64,000 bases of DNA, from NCBI GenBank assembly GCA_050952125.1, contig JBMNKK010000004.1, positions 267,671 to 331,670 of the forward strand, written 5' to 3'. The notes beneath the pieces are model-generated. The model was given only the letters and a program-made list of their open reading frames with translations. It did not search any database and was not told where the DNA came from. This stretch comes from Bacillota bacterium. GTDB lineage: Bacteria > Bacillota > Sulfobacillia > Fermentithermobacillales > Fermentithermobacillaceae. Of the stretch, positions 49,814 through 59,290 are shown one piece after another; positions within the stretch are counted from its first letter, which is position 1; each line of letters starts with the position of its first letter. The position numbers and the translations under genes are program-made.

Positions 49814-51081
49814 CTTAAGTCTTCCTCATGACGTTCAATGCTCCAAACCTCAGTGCCTCTCCTGAAAACGGAACGCACCAGATTCCAGCCAAGCCTGTAC
49901 GGCACCTCTCGGTAGTCGGAAGCGTCGAAGACCACCATATCGGCAGCATACCCGGGAGACAGGCTCCCGACTTTCCCTCCTAACCCTATGGACCATGCTG
50001 CATTCCACGTTGCCGCCACAAAAGCCTCCTCCGGGCTCATATGAAGGGTAGAGCAGGCCAGGGTCAGGCAGAGGGGCATAGAGACAGCGGTGCACGTGCC
50101 GGGATTGAAGTCGGTACCGAGCGCGACCGCGGCTCCCCGGTCTATGAGCTCACGGGCGGGAGCGCCCGTCTTTCCAAGGAATACGGACGTAGCGGGAAGC
50201 AGCACGGCGATGGGCGGGACCTCAACCCCTGCCAACATTCTGATCCCTTCGTCTGACACCTTGAGCAGGTGCTCGCACGAAACAGCGCCGAGTTCGCAGG
50301 CCAGTTCTGCGGCGCCCGTCCACTCGAGTTCGTCCGCGTGCACTTTGAGCCCGAAACCGAGGGCTTTTGCCGCCTCAAGAATCCGGCGTGTCTCGTCGAT
50401 CGTGAAGGCACCTCTGTCGCAGAACACATCCACGAACCGGGCCAGGTCCAATTTCCGCACCTCATCGAGCATATCGATGACGAGCCGTACGTAGGCTTCC
50501 CGGTCTTCGCTGTGTTCAGGCGGAACGGCGTGAGCTCCAAGGAACGTCGGAATGAGATCGATCGGATGCTTCCTTCCGCATTCTCGGATTACCCTTAGCT
50601 GCTTCAGTTCTGTCTCCAAGTCAAGCCCGTAGCCGCTTTTCGCCTCGGCTGTTGTAGTGCCGTTAGCCAGCATCCGGTCTAGGAACCGCATCGAGCGTTT
50701 CAGAAGCTCATCCTCTGAAGCCGCTCGAGTCTTTGCTACAGTCGACACAATGCCGCCGCCCGCTTGGGCTATTTCCAGGTAGGACTTGCCCGCGCTCCTC
50801 ATCGCGTACTCCTCATGGCGCCAGCCGCCGAAGACCAGGTGAGTGTGAGCGTCAACGAAACCGGGAGTGACCAGCCGCCCTCCTACGTCAACTACAGTCT
50901 CAGGGTCTACCGACGCGGCAACGTCTCGCTTTGGCCCGGCAGCCACAACCGTGCCGTTCGCGACTGCAAGGCAAGCATCGTCGACTACATCCAGGTATCT
51001 CATTTCATTCCCATACTTAGGGCCTGAGCCGGATATACGGACCAGCTGACCAATCCCGGTAACCAAGAGATCCGCCTTCAT
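49795..51081 (-). CDS. hutI: Imidazolonepropionase
   Basis: 428 aa amidohydrolase with ..VDAHTHLVFGGWR.. metal-binding His, plus ..KVHADE.. and ..ALGTDFNPG.. motifs typical of HutI. Confidence 0.8.
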   Translation of the reverse strand: MKADLLVTGIGQLVRISGSGPKYGNEMRYLDVVDDACLAVANGTVVAAGPKRDVAASVDPETVVDVGGRLVTPGFVDAHTHLVFGGWRHEEYAMRSAGKSYLEIAQAGGGIVSTVAKTRAASEDELLKRSMRFLDRMLANGTTTAEAKSGYGLDLETELKQLRVIRECGRKHPIDLIPTFLGAHAVPPEHSEDREAYVRLVIDMLDEVRKLDLARFVDVFCDRGAFTIDETRRILEAAKALGFGLKVHADELEWTGAAELACELGAVSCEHLLKVSDEGIRMLAGVEVPPIAVLLPATSVFLGKTGAPARELIDRGAAVALGTDFNPGTCTAVSMPLCLTLACSTLHMSPEEAFVAATWNAAWSIGLGGKVGSLSPGYAADMVVFDASDYREVPYRLGWNLVRSVFRRGTEVWSIERHEEDLRWVMKS

Positions 51082-52595
51082 CCTAAATCCCCCGTCACCT
51101 GTGATACCGCGTCGGCCAGGCGGCCCGAGATGATGAGTTCCCTGGCCGCGTCGACATCCCGCATCATTTCGCGATCATGTGTAACCTGAGGCACGCGCAT
51201 CCTGAACAAGTCATAAGCTGCCCTGCCGGCCGGCGACAGACGCTCGCGATCCCTGAAGTCAATCGCCTGACAGGCAGCCATGTACTCAATCGCCAGTACT
51301 GTCGCCACGTTCCCGGCAATGTCCCTGGCCTTTCTGGCTGCTATGGTGCACATGCTGACATGGTCTTCCTGGCCTGCCGAGGTTGGTATGGTGTCGACCG
51401 AAGCGGGGTGCGCCAAGGCTTTGCACTCGGAAGAGAGAGATGCTGCCGTATACTGGAGCATCATCAGCCCTGAGTTTAGGCCCCCTTCACGCGTGAGAAA
51501 CATCGGCAAGCCGCTCATTACGGGATCAAACAGGCGGAACACTCGCCTTTCCGAGATATTCGCGAGGGAGCATAAGGAAAGGCCGAGATAGTCCGCGGCA
51601 ACTCCCAGAGGCTGGCCGTGGAAGTTGCCTCCGGAAACTACGCGACCGTCGTCCATTACCAGAGGGTTATCGGTGGCTGAGCCGAATTCGACTTCAACAA
51701 CTGCCCGCACATGTCCGAGACACTGCCGTACTGCCCCGTGGACTTGAGGTATACACCTCAACGTATAGGCGTCTTGAACCCTTACCTCGCCGGGACGGGT
51801 GGCCAGTCGCGAGCCCGTGAGAAGCTTCCTCAGGTTTGAAGCAACCTCTCGAGCACCCGCATGCGGCCTTAGGTTTATGATCTCGTCGCCGTAAGCGTCG
51901 GGTATGACCGAAAGGGCTTGTCCGGATATCGAGGCAATGATGTCACCGGCTTTCGCTAGCCTGTATCCCAGATCAACTGTGAGACCCAAAACTGCAGCGG
52001 TCATCTGGACGCCGTTCGTCAGAGCCAGACCCTCTTTGGCCTCCAACTGCAGCGGCTCTATGCCTGCTCTCGCCAGGGCTTCGGCCGCGGGCAAAAGCTC
52101 TCCACGATAGCGAGCCATCCCCTTTCCCATAAGCGACAGGGCTATATGGGCAAGCGGTGCGAGGTCGCCGCTGGCACCCACAGAACCTTTCTGGGGCACG
52201 ACGGGACACACGCCTTTGTTCAGCAACTCCGCCAGCGCTTCTACGACCGATAGGCGCACACCCGAGTTCCCTTTGGCCAAGGCGTTGGCGCGAAGGTAAG
52301 CGGCCGCCCTCACCTCCGGTTCGCTGAACTCCTCACCGGTTCCGACCGCGTGGCTGACCACCAGATTCTCCTGAAGAGTCCGTAGGTCATCCAGGGAAAT
52401 GGCGACGTCCGCGAATTTGCCGAATCCCGTAGTAACTCCGTAGATACGCTTTCCCTCGCGGACGATATCCTCTACGGCTTCGCGAGACTTTCCGATCCGG
52501 CTGCGAGCGGCCTCGGAGATGATGACTTCCTCTCCGAGAGACACCCTGACGACCTCTTCGACCCTCTTGAACTCTCCGTCAATCACCACGGCCAT
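51078..52595 (-). CDS. hutH: Histidine ammonia-lyase
   Basis: 505 aa with the MIO-forming tripeptide in ..SVGASGDLAPLAHIAL.. and overall HAL architecture. It has a 4-nt overlap with hutI. Confidence 0.85.
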   Translation of the reverse strand: MAVVIDGEFKRVEEVVRVSLGEEVIISEAARSRIGKSREAVEDIVREGKRIYGVTTGFGKFADVAISLDDLRTLQENLVVSHAVGTGEEFSEPEVRAAAYLRANALAKGNSGVRLSVVEALAELLNKGVCPVVPQKGSVGASGDLAPLAHIALSLMGKGMARYRGELLPAAEALARAGIEPLQLEAKEGLALTNGVQMTAAVLGLTVDLGYRLAKAGDIIASISGQALSVIPDAYGDEIINLRPHAGAREVASNLRKLLTGSRLATRPGEVRVQDAYTLRCIPQVHGAVRQCLGHVRAVVEVEFGSATDNPLVMDDGRVVSGGNFHGQPLGVAADYLGLSLCSLANISERRVFRLFDPVMSGLPMFLTREGGLNSGLMMLQYTAASLSSECKALAHPASVDTIPTSAGQEDHVSMCTIAARKARDIAGNVATVLAIEYMAACQAIDFRDRERLSPAGRAAYDLFRMRVPQVTHDREMMRDVDAARELIISGRLADAVSQVTGDLG

Positions 52596-53943
52596 TGGAA
52601 TTCCCCCTTTGGCCCAACTTCTTGTCTCTAACTATGACACTCACTGCCCTCTCACGCTGGAAGGCACCTATCCTATCCTGAACATCGGAAACCGAAACTG
52701 CGCGAAGCATGCGCCCGTAAGTGAATATGTCCAGCCCAATATCATGTAGGTGCGCCTGCATTTCTCCTGCCGTGTCGAACGAATCGAACACTGTCACATA
52801 GCGGCCTATCGAGGCTCTCTTGACGCGTGCGAAGTCGTCCTCGCTCACCCCTTCATGCCGGGCGCGTTCAATCTCCCCGTAGATGCGGTCTATAAGTTTC
52901 TCAGGCGAGACGCTCTGAGCCGCTACTGCCGAGTACGAGTAGTCCGGCCACGACTCGTGGGAAGCGGACACCTCATCCAGAAGCCCCTCTTCATAAGCCT
53001 CGGTAAAGAAGGAGGAGCTCCTCCCAAAGAGGATATCCAAGAGCAAGTTGGTGGCAATCTCGCTTTTCAAGAGGCGAGCCCCGTTCTCGCCGGGAGCATC
53101 ACCCTTCCACGCTACCTCCACTAGCGGAACGGGCACCGGCAGGTTCACTTCGGAGTTTGCCCCCACATCGGGGGGCTCATCGGGGCGAATCCGCCGGATG
53201 CAACCGCCGTCCGATGGTACGCTGTAAAGAGCCAAGTACCTATCTGCGAGATCGTAGACCTCACCAGGCACAACGTCGCCGGCGACAAACAGCGCCATAT
53301 TGGACGGCCGGTAGAAAGCACTGTGACAGAGATAGAGCAGATCCTTGTCGATGAGTCTGATTGAATGCTCGGTACCGGCAATATCTATGCGCACAGGGTG
53401 CTCCCGATAGAGAGCCTCGAGCACCTCTCTCGACAGGCGAGAGCCCGGTTCGTCGTTGTACATCCGGATTTCCTGCCCGATTATGTCCTGCTCCTTGGCA
53501 ACCGATTCAGCGGTGAAATAGGGTTCCAGGGCAACTCTGAACACCATTCTGAGGGCCTCGGCAAAGTTGTCGAGAGTCCAGAATAGATATGAAGTGTAAT
53601 TGTTTGCCGTGTAGGCATTGGCCGAAGCCCCCAACTTCGCGAACTCCTGAAAGGCCTCCCCCCAGCTCTTCTCGAACATTTTGTGCTCCAAGAAATGAGC
53701 TATCCCCGGAGGTACTTCGACCGTCTTGCCGCCAGGGAGCGCGAAGGCGTTGTCGTTGGAGCCGTAGTGAACCAGTATCTCGGCGTACTTGCGCTTGAAT
53801 CCCCGCTTGGGTAGGACAAAGACATTCATACCACCTACCACGGAGTGGTGGATCTCTTCGCATAGCGCTTCATCTCTCAGTACTGCCACTCCACCGGCTT
53901 CACTCATCTCTTCCATCACCCTTTGCCCTGAGAGCATACACAA
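52579..53943 (-). CDS. M16-family zinc peptidase (active subunit, HxxEH motif)
   Basis: 454 aa with the inverted zinc-binding motif ..GIAHFLEHKMF.. and a downstream Glu-containing region. It is paired with the upstream M16 gene. Confidence 0.8.
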   Translation of the reverse strand: MCMLSGQRVMEEMSEAGGVAVLRDEALCEEIHHSVVGGMNVFVLPKRGFKRKYAEILVHYGSNDNAFALPGGKTVEVPPGIAHFLEHKMFEKSWGEAFQEFAKLGASANAYTANNYTSYLFWTLDNFAEALRMVFRVALEPYFTAESVAKEQDIIGQEIRMYNDEPGSRLSREVLEALYREHPVRIDIAGTEHSIRLIDKDLLYLCHSAFYRPSNMALFVAGDVVPGEVYDLADRYLALYSVPSDGGCIRRIRPDEPPDVGANSEVNLPVPVPLVEVAWKGDAPGENGARLLKSEIATNLLLDILFGRSSSFFTEAYEEGLLDEVSASHESWPDYSYSAVAAQSVSPEKLIDRIYGEIERARHEGVSEDDFARVKRASIGRYVTVFDSFDTAGEMQAHLHDIGLDIFTYGRMLRAVSVSDVQDRIGAFQRERAVSVIVRDKKLGQRGNSNGRGD

Positions 53944-55243
53944 CCTTGAACTCGGCCTTGTCGGCTACGGCAACAACATCGTCCTTCGAGACCTTGAGGA
54001 CGCGTGAGACCAGCTCTTCTAAAGACGCCGTACCTCCCATGATTTCGCGGCTAACCTGCCGTCTTACGAGCGCCGATTGAGAGTCACTCTCGGAACGAAG
54101 GCGCCTCACCAATCCGGCCTTGGTGTTCTCCAGCTCCTCAGTCGATATATCCCCATCCTTCATCGCCTTGACTTGCTCGACCACTAAGTCCCGCACGCGA
54201 TGGCGCGTGCCGTCTCCGACCCCTGCCACAGTCAAGACCATACCTCTCCAAGAGTTGAGAGAACTGTGCGCGAAGTAGGCGAGGCTGTTTCTCTCTCGAA
54301 TGTTCATGAAGAGCTTGGAGTGAGGAAAGCCGCCTAAGATACCGTCGAAAACAATCGCGGCCGGAAACATCGGGTGGCTCTCGGTGATCCCCGTAAAGAA
54401 GGCTTGGCACAACAGCGTTTGCTCTCCGGGCAGAAAGTCCTCAACTTCCAGAAGCGATTCGGGCGGCGGGGGAGGAGGGGAAGTCTCAGGCTCCTCAACC
54501 TCCACTCTCCGCGACTTGGGGAAACGCAGGCGAACCCTCTCCAGGATCTCTCCCAGTTCCTCCGCGCCTTCGCCTATGGCATATATGCTGACTGGAACTG
54601 ACGACATGACGTCAGTCCATGTCTCCCATGTCTTGCCAGGATCTATGTGGGGCAGGTCCTCCAGTACTCCCCACGAGGGAAGGCCGCTCGGATTGCCTTT
54701 CGACAACTCTTCAACCATCCTCACAGTTGCGTAACGAGGGCGGTCGTTCACCATGCTGAGGATATCGCGGCGGTGCTCTTCACTCTCCATGTCGAAGCGT
54801 TCCTTGGGAAACGCGCCGTTTTCAAGGTAAGGGTCGGTCGCCACTTCCCAGATGAACGCCATCGCTTTGCCCAGGTTGATACCTTCGAGGCTGTCTCCAT
54901 CGCCCTCGGCTCCTCCAAAGTGAAGAAACCGCGGCGAGGGTATATCGATCCCGAACCGCACAACCTGCATAGGCCCCATCTTGGTCGCGTCAGCGCCCAT
55001 CCCGGCACCGTACATGTTCTCAAGGTGACGGGAAAGGTGCCGCAGAGTCGGATAGTTGACCGTCCCTCGCCTCAAGAGGCGCGGGATGACGGCTACTTGC
55101 GTCACTATCTCCCTCTTAAGCGGGACTCTGAAGAAGACATCTATTGAAAGAACCTTCCACTTACACTCGGAAAGGTAGCGGAACCTTATCCCGCTGCCCA
55201 GTTCGACTGTCTTAAAGTGATCTCCGGCATGAGATGCGGACAA
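53900..55243 (-). CDS. M16-family peptidase-like protein (partner subunit, no HxxEH seen)
   Basis: 447 aa with the insulinase-like fold and a YmfF/YmfH-type pairing. It overlaps the downstream M16 gene by 44 nt. Confidence 0.65.
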   Translation of the reverse strand: MSASHAGDHFKTVELGSGIRFRYLSECKWKVLSIDVFFRVPLKREIVTQVAVIPRLLRRGTVNYPTLRHLSRHLENMYGAGMGADATKMGPMQVVRFGIDIPSPRFLHFGGAEGDGDSLEGINLGKAMAFIWEVATDPYLENGAFPKERFDMESEEHRRDILSMVNDRPRYATVRMVEELSKGNPSGLPSWGVLEDLPHIDPGKTWETWTDVMSSVPVSIYAIGEGAEELGEILERVRLRFPKSRRVEVEEPETSPPPPPPESLLEVEDFLPGEQTLLCQAFFTGITESHPMFPAAIVFDGILGGFPHSKLFMNIRERNSLAYFAHSSLNSWRGMVLTVAGVGDGTRHRVRDLVVEQVKAMKDGDISTEELENTKAGLVRRLRSESDSQSALVRRQVSREIMGGTASLEELVSRVLKVSKDDVVAVADKAEFKVVYALRAKGDGRDE

Positions 55244-55248
55244 GTAAG

Positions 55249-56394
55249 CTACACCACCAGTTTACGGTCATCTGTCAAAAGGTTCCTCGGGTAAGAGGTC
55301 AGGCTCCTGAATCCGTTCTCCGTCATCACCACGTCGTCCTCAATCCTCACCCCGCCCTTCCCCGGGATATAGATTCCGGGTTCGATAGTGACGGTCGTTC
55401 CTATTGGAAGCGGGGTCCGGTTTGACGCAACGATATAGGGATCTTCGTGCACCTCCAGTCCCAGCCCGTGCCCGGTCCTGTGGATGAAGTAGTCTCCATA
55501 GCCGTACGAATCAATGACATCGCGAGCGAGGGCATCCACCTCGGCCCCGGTCATGCCCGGACGTGCCTGAAGCCTGGCGGCCTCGTTGGCCTTCAGCACA
55601 ATCTCATACACCCTCTTCATCTCGTCGCTGATCTCGCCGATCGCATAGGACCTCGTGATGTCACCCCAATACCCGTCGACGCAAACGGTCAAATCGAGCC
55701 AGGCGACATTTCCCTCCGAAACCGGGTTCGCTGAAGTACGTGAATGAGGGATGGCAGTGTCCGTGCCCGTGGCGAGAGCCATCCCTACCGCTTGGGCTCC
55801 TTTGGACTTCAGCTGCCTTTCGATCTCCCTCGCCACCTCGACTCCCCGGGCTCCGGGCACCAGAAGCCGCTTGGCTATATCGGCGCCAAGGTCGGTCAGT
55901 TCACAGGCCTTCTGCATGGCAGAAAGCTCGGTCTCGTCCTTTATCATGCGCAGCTTCTTCATGATTTCCCCGGCGTCTTCATACTCAATTCCGCCCACTG
56001 CCGCGCTAATGAGGGAGAACTCAAGAAGCCTCATGGACCTGTATTCAAGAGCCCACGTACCGGCGGCGCCTGCGAACACCTTTCCGAAAGCCGCGGCCGG
56101 ACCGTCTTCGTCCGAAAAAGGTACGACCTCAAAGGCCAGTTCAACGCCCTCATCGGCGAGGCGCGCCACCACCGCGTCACCTTTTTGCGCCTCAAGTTCA
56201 GGCATAAGGAAGGTGGCCTTTCCATCTCGTGTAGCCACGCACAGCGTGGGCCTTTCCGACAGACCCATCCGCAGTCCGGTCATATAGAAGAGGTTAGGTC
56301 CGGGCATCAAGGCGATGCCTGAAGCACCGGATTCACCAATCTCCGCCAAGAGGCGGTCCCATCTCTCTTTGTACACGTCAATACCTCCCGTCAA
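55249..56394 (-). CDS. M24-family Xaa-Pro aminopeptidase/dipeptidase
   Basis: 381 aa with a creatinase-like N-domain and pita-bread metal ligands (..DGYWGDITR.., ..HRTGHGLGLEVHE.., ..EPGIY..). Confidence 0.85.
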   Translation of the reverse strand: MTGGIDVYKERWDRLLAEIGESGASGIALMPGPNLFYMTGLRMGLSERPTLCVATRDGKATFLMPELEAQKGDAVVARLADEGVELAFEVVPFSDEDGPAAAFGKVFAGAAGTWALEYRSMRLLEFSLISAAVGGIEYEDAGEIMKKLRMIKDETELSAMQKACELTDLGADIAKRLLVPGARGVEVAREIERQLKSKGAQAVGMALATGTDTAIPHSRTSANPVSEGNVAWLDLTVCVDGYWGDITRSYAIGEISDEMKRVYEIVLKANEAARLQARPGMTGAEVDALARDVIDSYGYGDYFIHRTGHGLGLEVHEDPYIVASNRTPLPIGTTVTIEPGIYIPGKGGVRIEDDVVMTENGFRSLTSYPRNLLTDDRKLVV

Positions 56395-57146
56395 TCTTTC
56401 CTCGAGACGAAGTAGGCCCGGGACGTTGAAGATGTGGCGGGCCGGAAGCTGCAGGAATCGTACACCGCGAGCACGTTTAGCCCGGCGTCCTCAAGCCATT
56501 CGGCGACGCTTTCGAGAGGAAACGCGCGTTCGCGGTGAGTTTCGTCAAATCGCCTCCAGGTGCCGGCGTCCTTGATGAATCCTGTCAGCTGCACCCGCCA
56601 CCACTTCCGCGACCTGTCGTAGACGTCTCTCCAGACCAAGTAGTAATCTGAACCTTCCATGATGTGGACTTCGTTGGGGATGATAGCCAACCGCTCCGGG
56701 GTGTTGACATCGAACACGAACATGCCGCCGGGCCTTAGCGCCTTCTCGACTTGGCGGAACGCTTTTTGGACATCACCCGGCTCAAGCAGATAGTTGAGGC
56801 TGTCGAATACACAGACCGCAGCATCAACAGGCTCACTCAGGGTAAAATCGCGCATGTCGCCGTATAGGAATTCGGCAAGAAGGCCATGAGACTTCAGCTT
56901 GCGGCGTGCAACCTGCAGCATCTTCAACGATGAGTCAACGCCTACCACTCTGTAGCCCCTAAGGGCAAGCTGCAAAGACATACTGCCGGTACCGCAAGCG
57001 AGGTCCAAGACCGAAGTAGGGCTGAACCCGTAGAACGACCATACGCTCATTATGTAATCGAGCCACTGGCGGTAAGGAACATCAGCCATCACTTGATCGT
57101 AGATATCGGAAAAATGGACATAGGACTTTCTAGACCCGCGAGCCAA
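56391..57146 (-). CDS. Class I SAM-dependent methyltransferase
   Basis: 251 aa with motif I VLDLACGTGSMSLQLA. It has a 4-nt overlap with the M24 gene and is the first gene of the long operon. Confidence 0.75.
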   Translation of the reverse strand: MARGSRKSYVHFSDIYDQVMADVPYRQWLDYIMSVWSFYGFSPTSVLDLACGTGSMSLQLALRGYRVVGVDSSLKMLQVARRKLKSHGLLAEFLYGDMRDFTLSEPVDAAVCVFDSLNYLLEPGDVQKAFRQVEKALRPGGMFVFDVNTPERLAIIPNEVHIMEGSDYYLVWRDVYDRSRKWWRVQLTGFIKDAGTWRRFDETHRERAFPLESVAEWLEDAGLNVLAVYDSCSFRPATSSTSRAYFVSRKD

Positions 57147-57220
57147 CGCCTCACCCCGCGACTGCTAGTATTCTCCAGCGGGGAGAAGCACTCCTGTCGG
57201 CGAACGGCCAAGGACGAAGG

Positions 57221-58330
57221 TTAGCCCTCGGGTAGGCTGGATTCTTGAGTCTCCACACTAGCCTCGCGCAGAGAGCGCATCAGCAGGTCCAGAAGAAAGT
57301 GGCGGGCGTACTGGTTTTCTCTTAACTTATTGATATACATACGTTTTTCAGCAATCTTGATGAGATCATCGATCGTGACTCGAGAATGGGTTCGGGTGGC
57401 GCAGCCGAGAGAAATGCTTACCCCGGAAGATTCACCGGAACTCTGACAACGCTCCCTGATCTCCGCACACACTCCGGCAGCCATCTGCGAATCCGCATCC
57501 GGCAAAACGATTATGAACTCGTCTCCGCCCCACCTTATGATTGTGTCGGTCTCTCTGCACGAGGCTTTCAGTATGGCCGCCGCGGCAACTAGCAGGCGAT
57601 CTCCTTCATAGTGCCCCATTGTGTCGTTCACCAGCTTCAGGCCATTTAGATCGCCCATGATGACGCTTAGAGTGTCTACTCCCGCGATCTTGCCGAGAAG
57701 CTTGGCCTCGAAGTAGGTCCTATTATGAACGCGAGTGAGGGAATCATGGTAAGTTAGGTACTCGATACGCGCCTCGGTGTCCACCCGGCGATAGTACGCT
57801 GAAATCATGCCTGAGATGGTGACTAGCAGCCCAACTTCATCTGCCACCCACTCCCTGGCCCGGCTGTCTCCTACACAGAGCAGACCAACCGTATTTTGAT
57901 TAGCCATTATGGGAACTGCAACTAAAGATCTGATGCGCGCCTCATCCATCAGCCGCCGTTCATCCGGCTTCAGGTTTGTCTCGGTCAGTAGGTCTCGGAC
58001 TAGCACGTACCTGCCGCACCTTAGCTCAGCGTACCAAGACTCAAAACAGGCTGCGTCCAGGCCTTCAGAGAGAACGCTCCCTGACGGTGGAAGAGGCTGA
58101 ACGCTCCAGTCTTGAACATCGGCAACGATTCTTCCGGAGTCTATTCGGCTAGCCGAACACCACGTTGCCTTGAGAACAAGAGCAACAGCCTTCAAGACGT
58201 CTCTCAGATCGCGTGATTCCTTTAGGATCAGGTTTTTGGCAACCTCGGCCACAGCACGGTCAAACGCCGCAGCCCTCCCGAGCGCGGACTCTGTGCAAAT
58301 ATGCCGGGACATATCCGTCATGAGAGTCAC
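57221..58330 (-). CDS. GAF-domain diguanylate cyclase (GGDEF)
   Basis: 369 aa with an N-terminal GAF-like region, a C-terminal GGDEF domain (RWGGDEFIIVLPD) and an I-site-like RxxD upstream. Confidence 0.8.
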   Translation of the reverse strand: MTLMTDMSRHICTESALGRAAAFDRAVAEVAKNLILKESRDLRDVLKAVALVLKATWCSASRIDSGRIVADVQDWSVQPLPPSGSVLSEGLDAACFESWYAELRCGRYVLVRDLLTETNLKPDERRLMDEARIRSLVAVPIMANQNTVGLLCVGDSRAREWVADEVGLLVTISGMISAYYRRVDTEARIEYLTYHDSLTRVHNRTYFEAKLLGKIAGVDTLSVIMGDLNGLKLVNDTMGHYEGDRLLVAAAAILKASCRETDTIIRWGGDEFIIVLPDADSQMAAGVCAEIRERCQSSGESSGVSISLGCATRTHSRVTIDDLIKIAEKRMYINKLRENQYARHFLLDLLMRSLREASVETQESSLPEG

Positions 58331-58568
58331 CCCCTTTCCTTAACACATTTGCTCCCGATAGATAGGGCCTTCTCGAGGACTGTCATGATGTGACCAGTCT
58401 ACGAAAGTGCTCCAGGTGTCCACTAGCCTAACTGAATAGTGTGTGCATTTGCAAGCACTAGCTGTTAAAGTATTCTTTAAGAAGAAGGTACCTCTTAACC
58501 ACATCTTTGCCGTAGCAGGAACTTTTCTGATACATGTCAAATATGCAGGCATGGAGGAGTGTTGAAAT

Positions 58569-59279
58569 TTGTCAGGAGAAAGGGTTCTGATCGTAGACGA
58601 CGAAGCCGAAATCAGCGAACTCCTAGGCCTTTACCTGACCAAGGAAGGTTACGAGGTAATCACTGCCCTTGATGGGCGCCAAGCCCTGGAACTGACCGGC
58701 AAGCAAAAGGTCGACCTAATCATCCTCGATGTGCTGCTTCCGGGATTGGACGGTATTGAGGTCTGTACCGAGCTCCGCAAAGTTACCGATGTTCCCATAC
58801 TGTTCCTCAGCTGTCGGAGTGACGATATCGATAAGGTAATGGGGTTGGTGGCGGGCGGCGACGACTATATTACGAAACCGTTTAGCCCCCGCGAAATTGT
58901 AGCCAGAGTGAAAGCCCACTTACGCAGGTACAGGATGGCGGCCGAAGCCAATACCCACGGCGGCCCGGAAGTTCTCAAATACCGGGACCTGGAGATAGAC
59001 CTGCAGGGTTGCACCGTGAAGGTTCGAGGCGAGAAAGTGTACCTGTCTCGCAAAGAGTATGAGGTACTCGTCCTCTTGGCACAAAACCCCGATAGAGTCT
59101 TCAGCGCGGATGAGCTGTTCGAGAGGCTTTGGCAGGCACAGAGCCTGGGAGATATCCGCACCGTGATGGTGCATATATCGAACATCCGTAAGAAGATCGA
59201 GAAAAACCCTGCGGCACCCGAGTTTATAGTCACGGTGCGAGGAGCCGGATACAAGTTTGACAGCGGTGCTGCAGACTAG
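58569..59279 (+). CDS. OmpR/PhoB-family two-component response regulator
   Basis: 236 aa. The receiver domain (..LIVDDEAE..DLIILDVLLPGLDG..) is followed by a winged-helix DNA-binding domain (..GAGYKF). TTG start with a GGAGGAG RBS. Confidence 0.9.
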   Translation: MSGERVLIVDDEAEISELLGLYLTKEGYEVITALDGRQALELTGKQKVDLIILDVLLPGLDGIEVCTELRKVTDVPILFLSCRSDDIDKVMGLVAGGDDYITKPFSPREIVARVKAHLRRYRMAAEANTHGGPEVLKYRDLEIDLQGCTVKVRGEKVYLSRKEYEVLVLLAQNPDRVFSADELFERLWQAQSLGDIRTVMVHISNIRKKIEKNPAAPEFIVTVRGAGYKFDSGAAD

Positions 59280-59290
59280 ACAGGAACACT

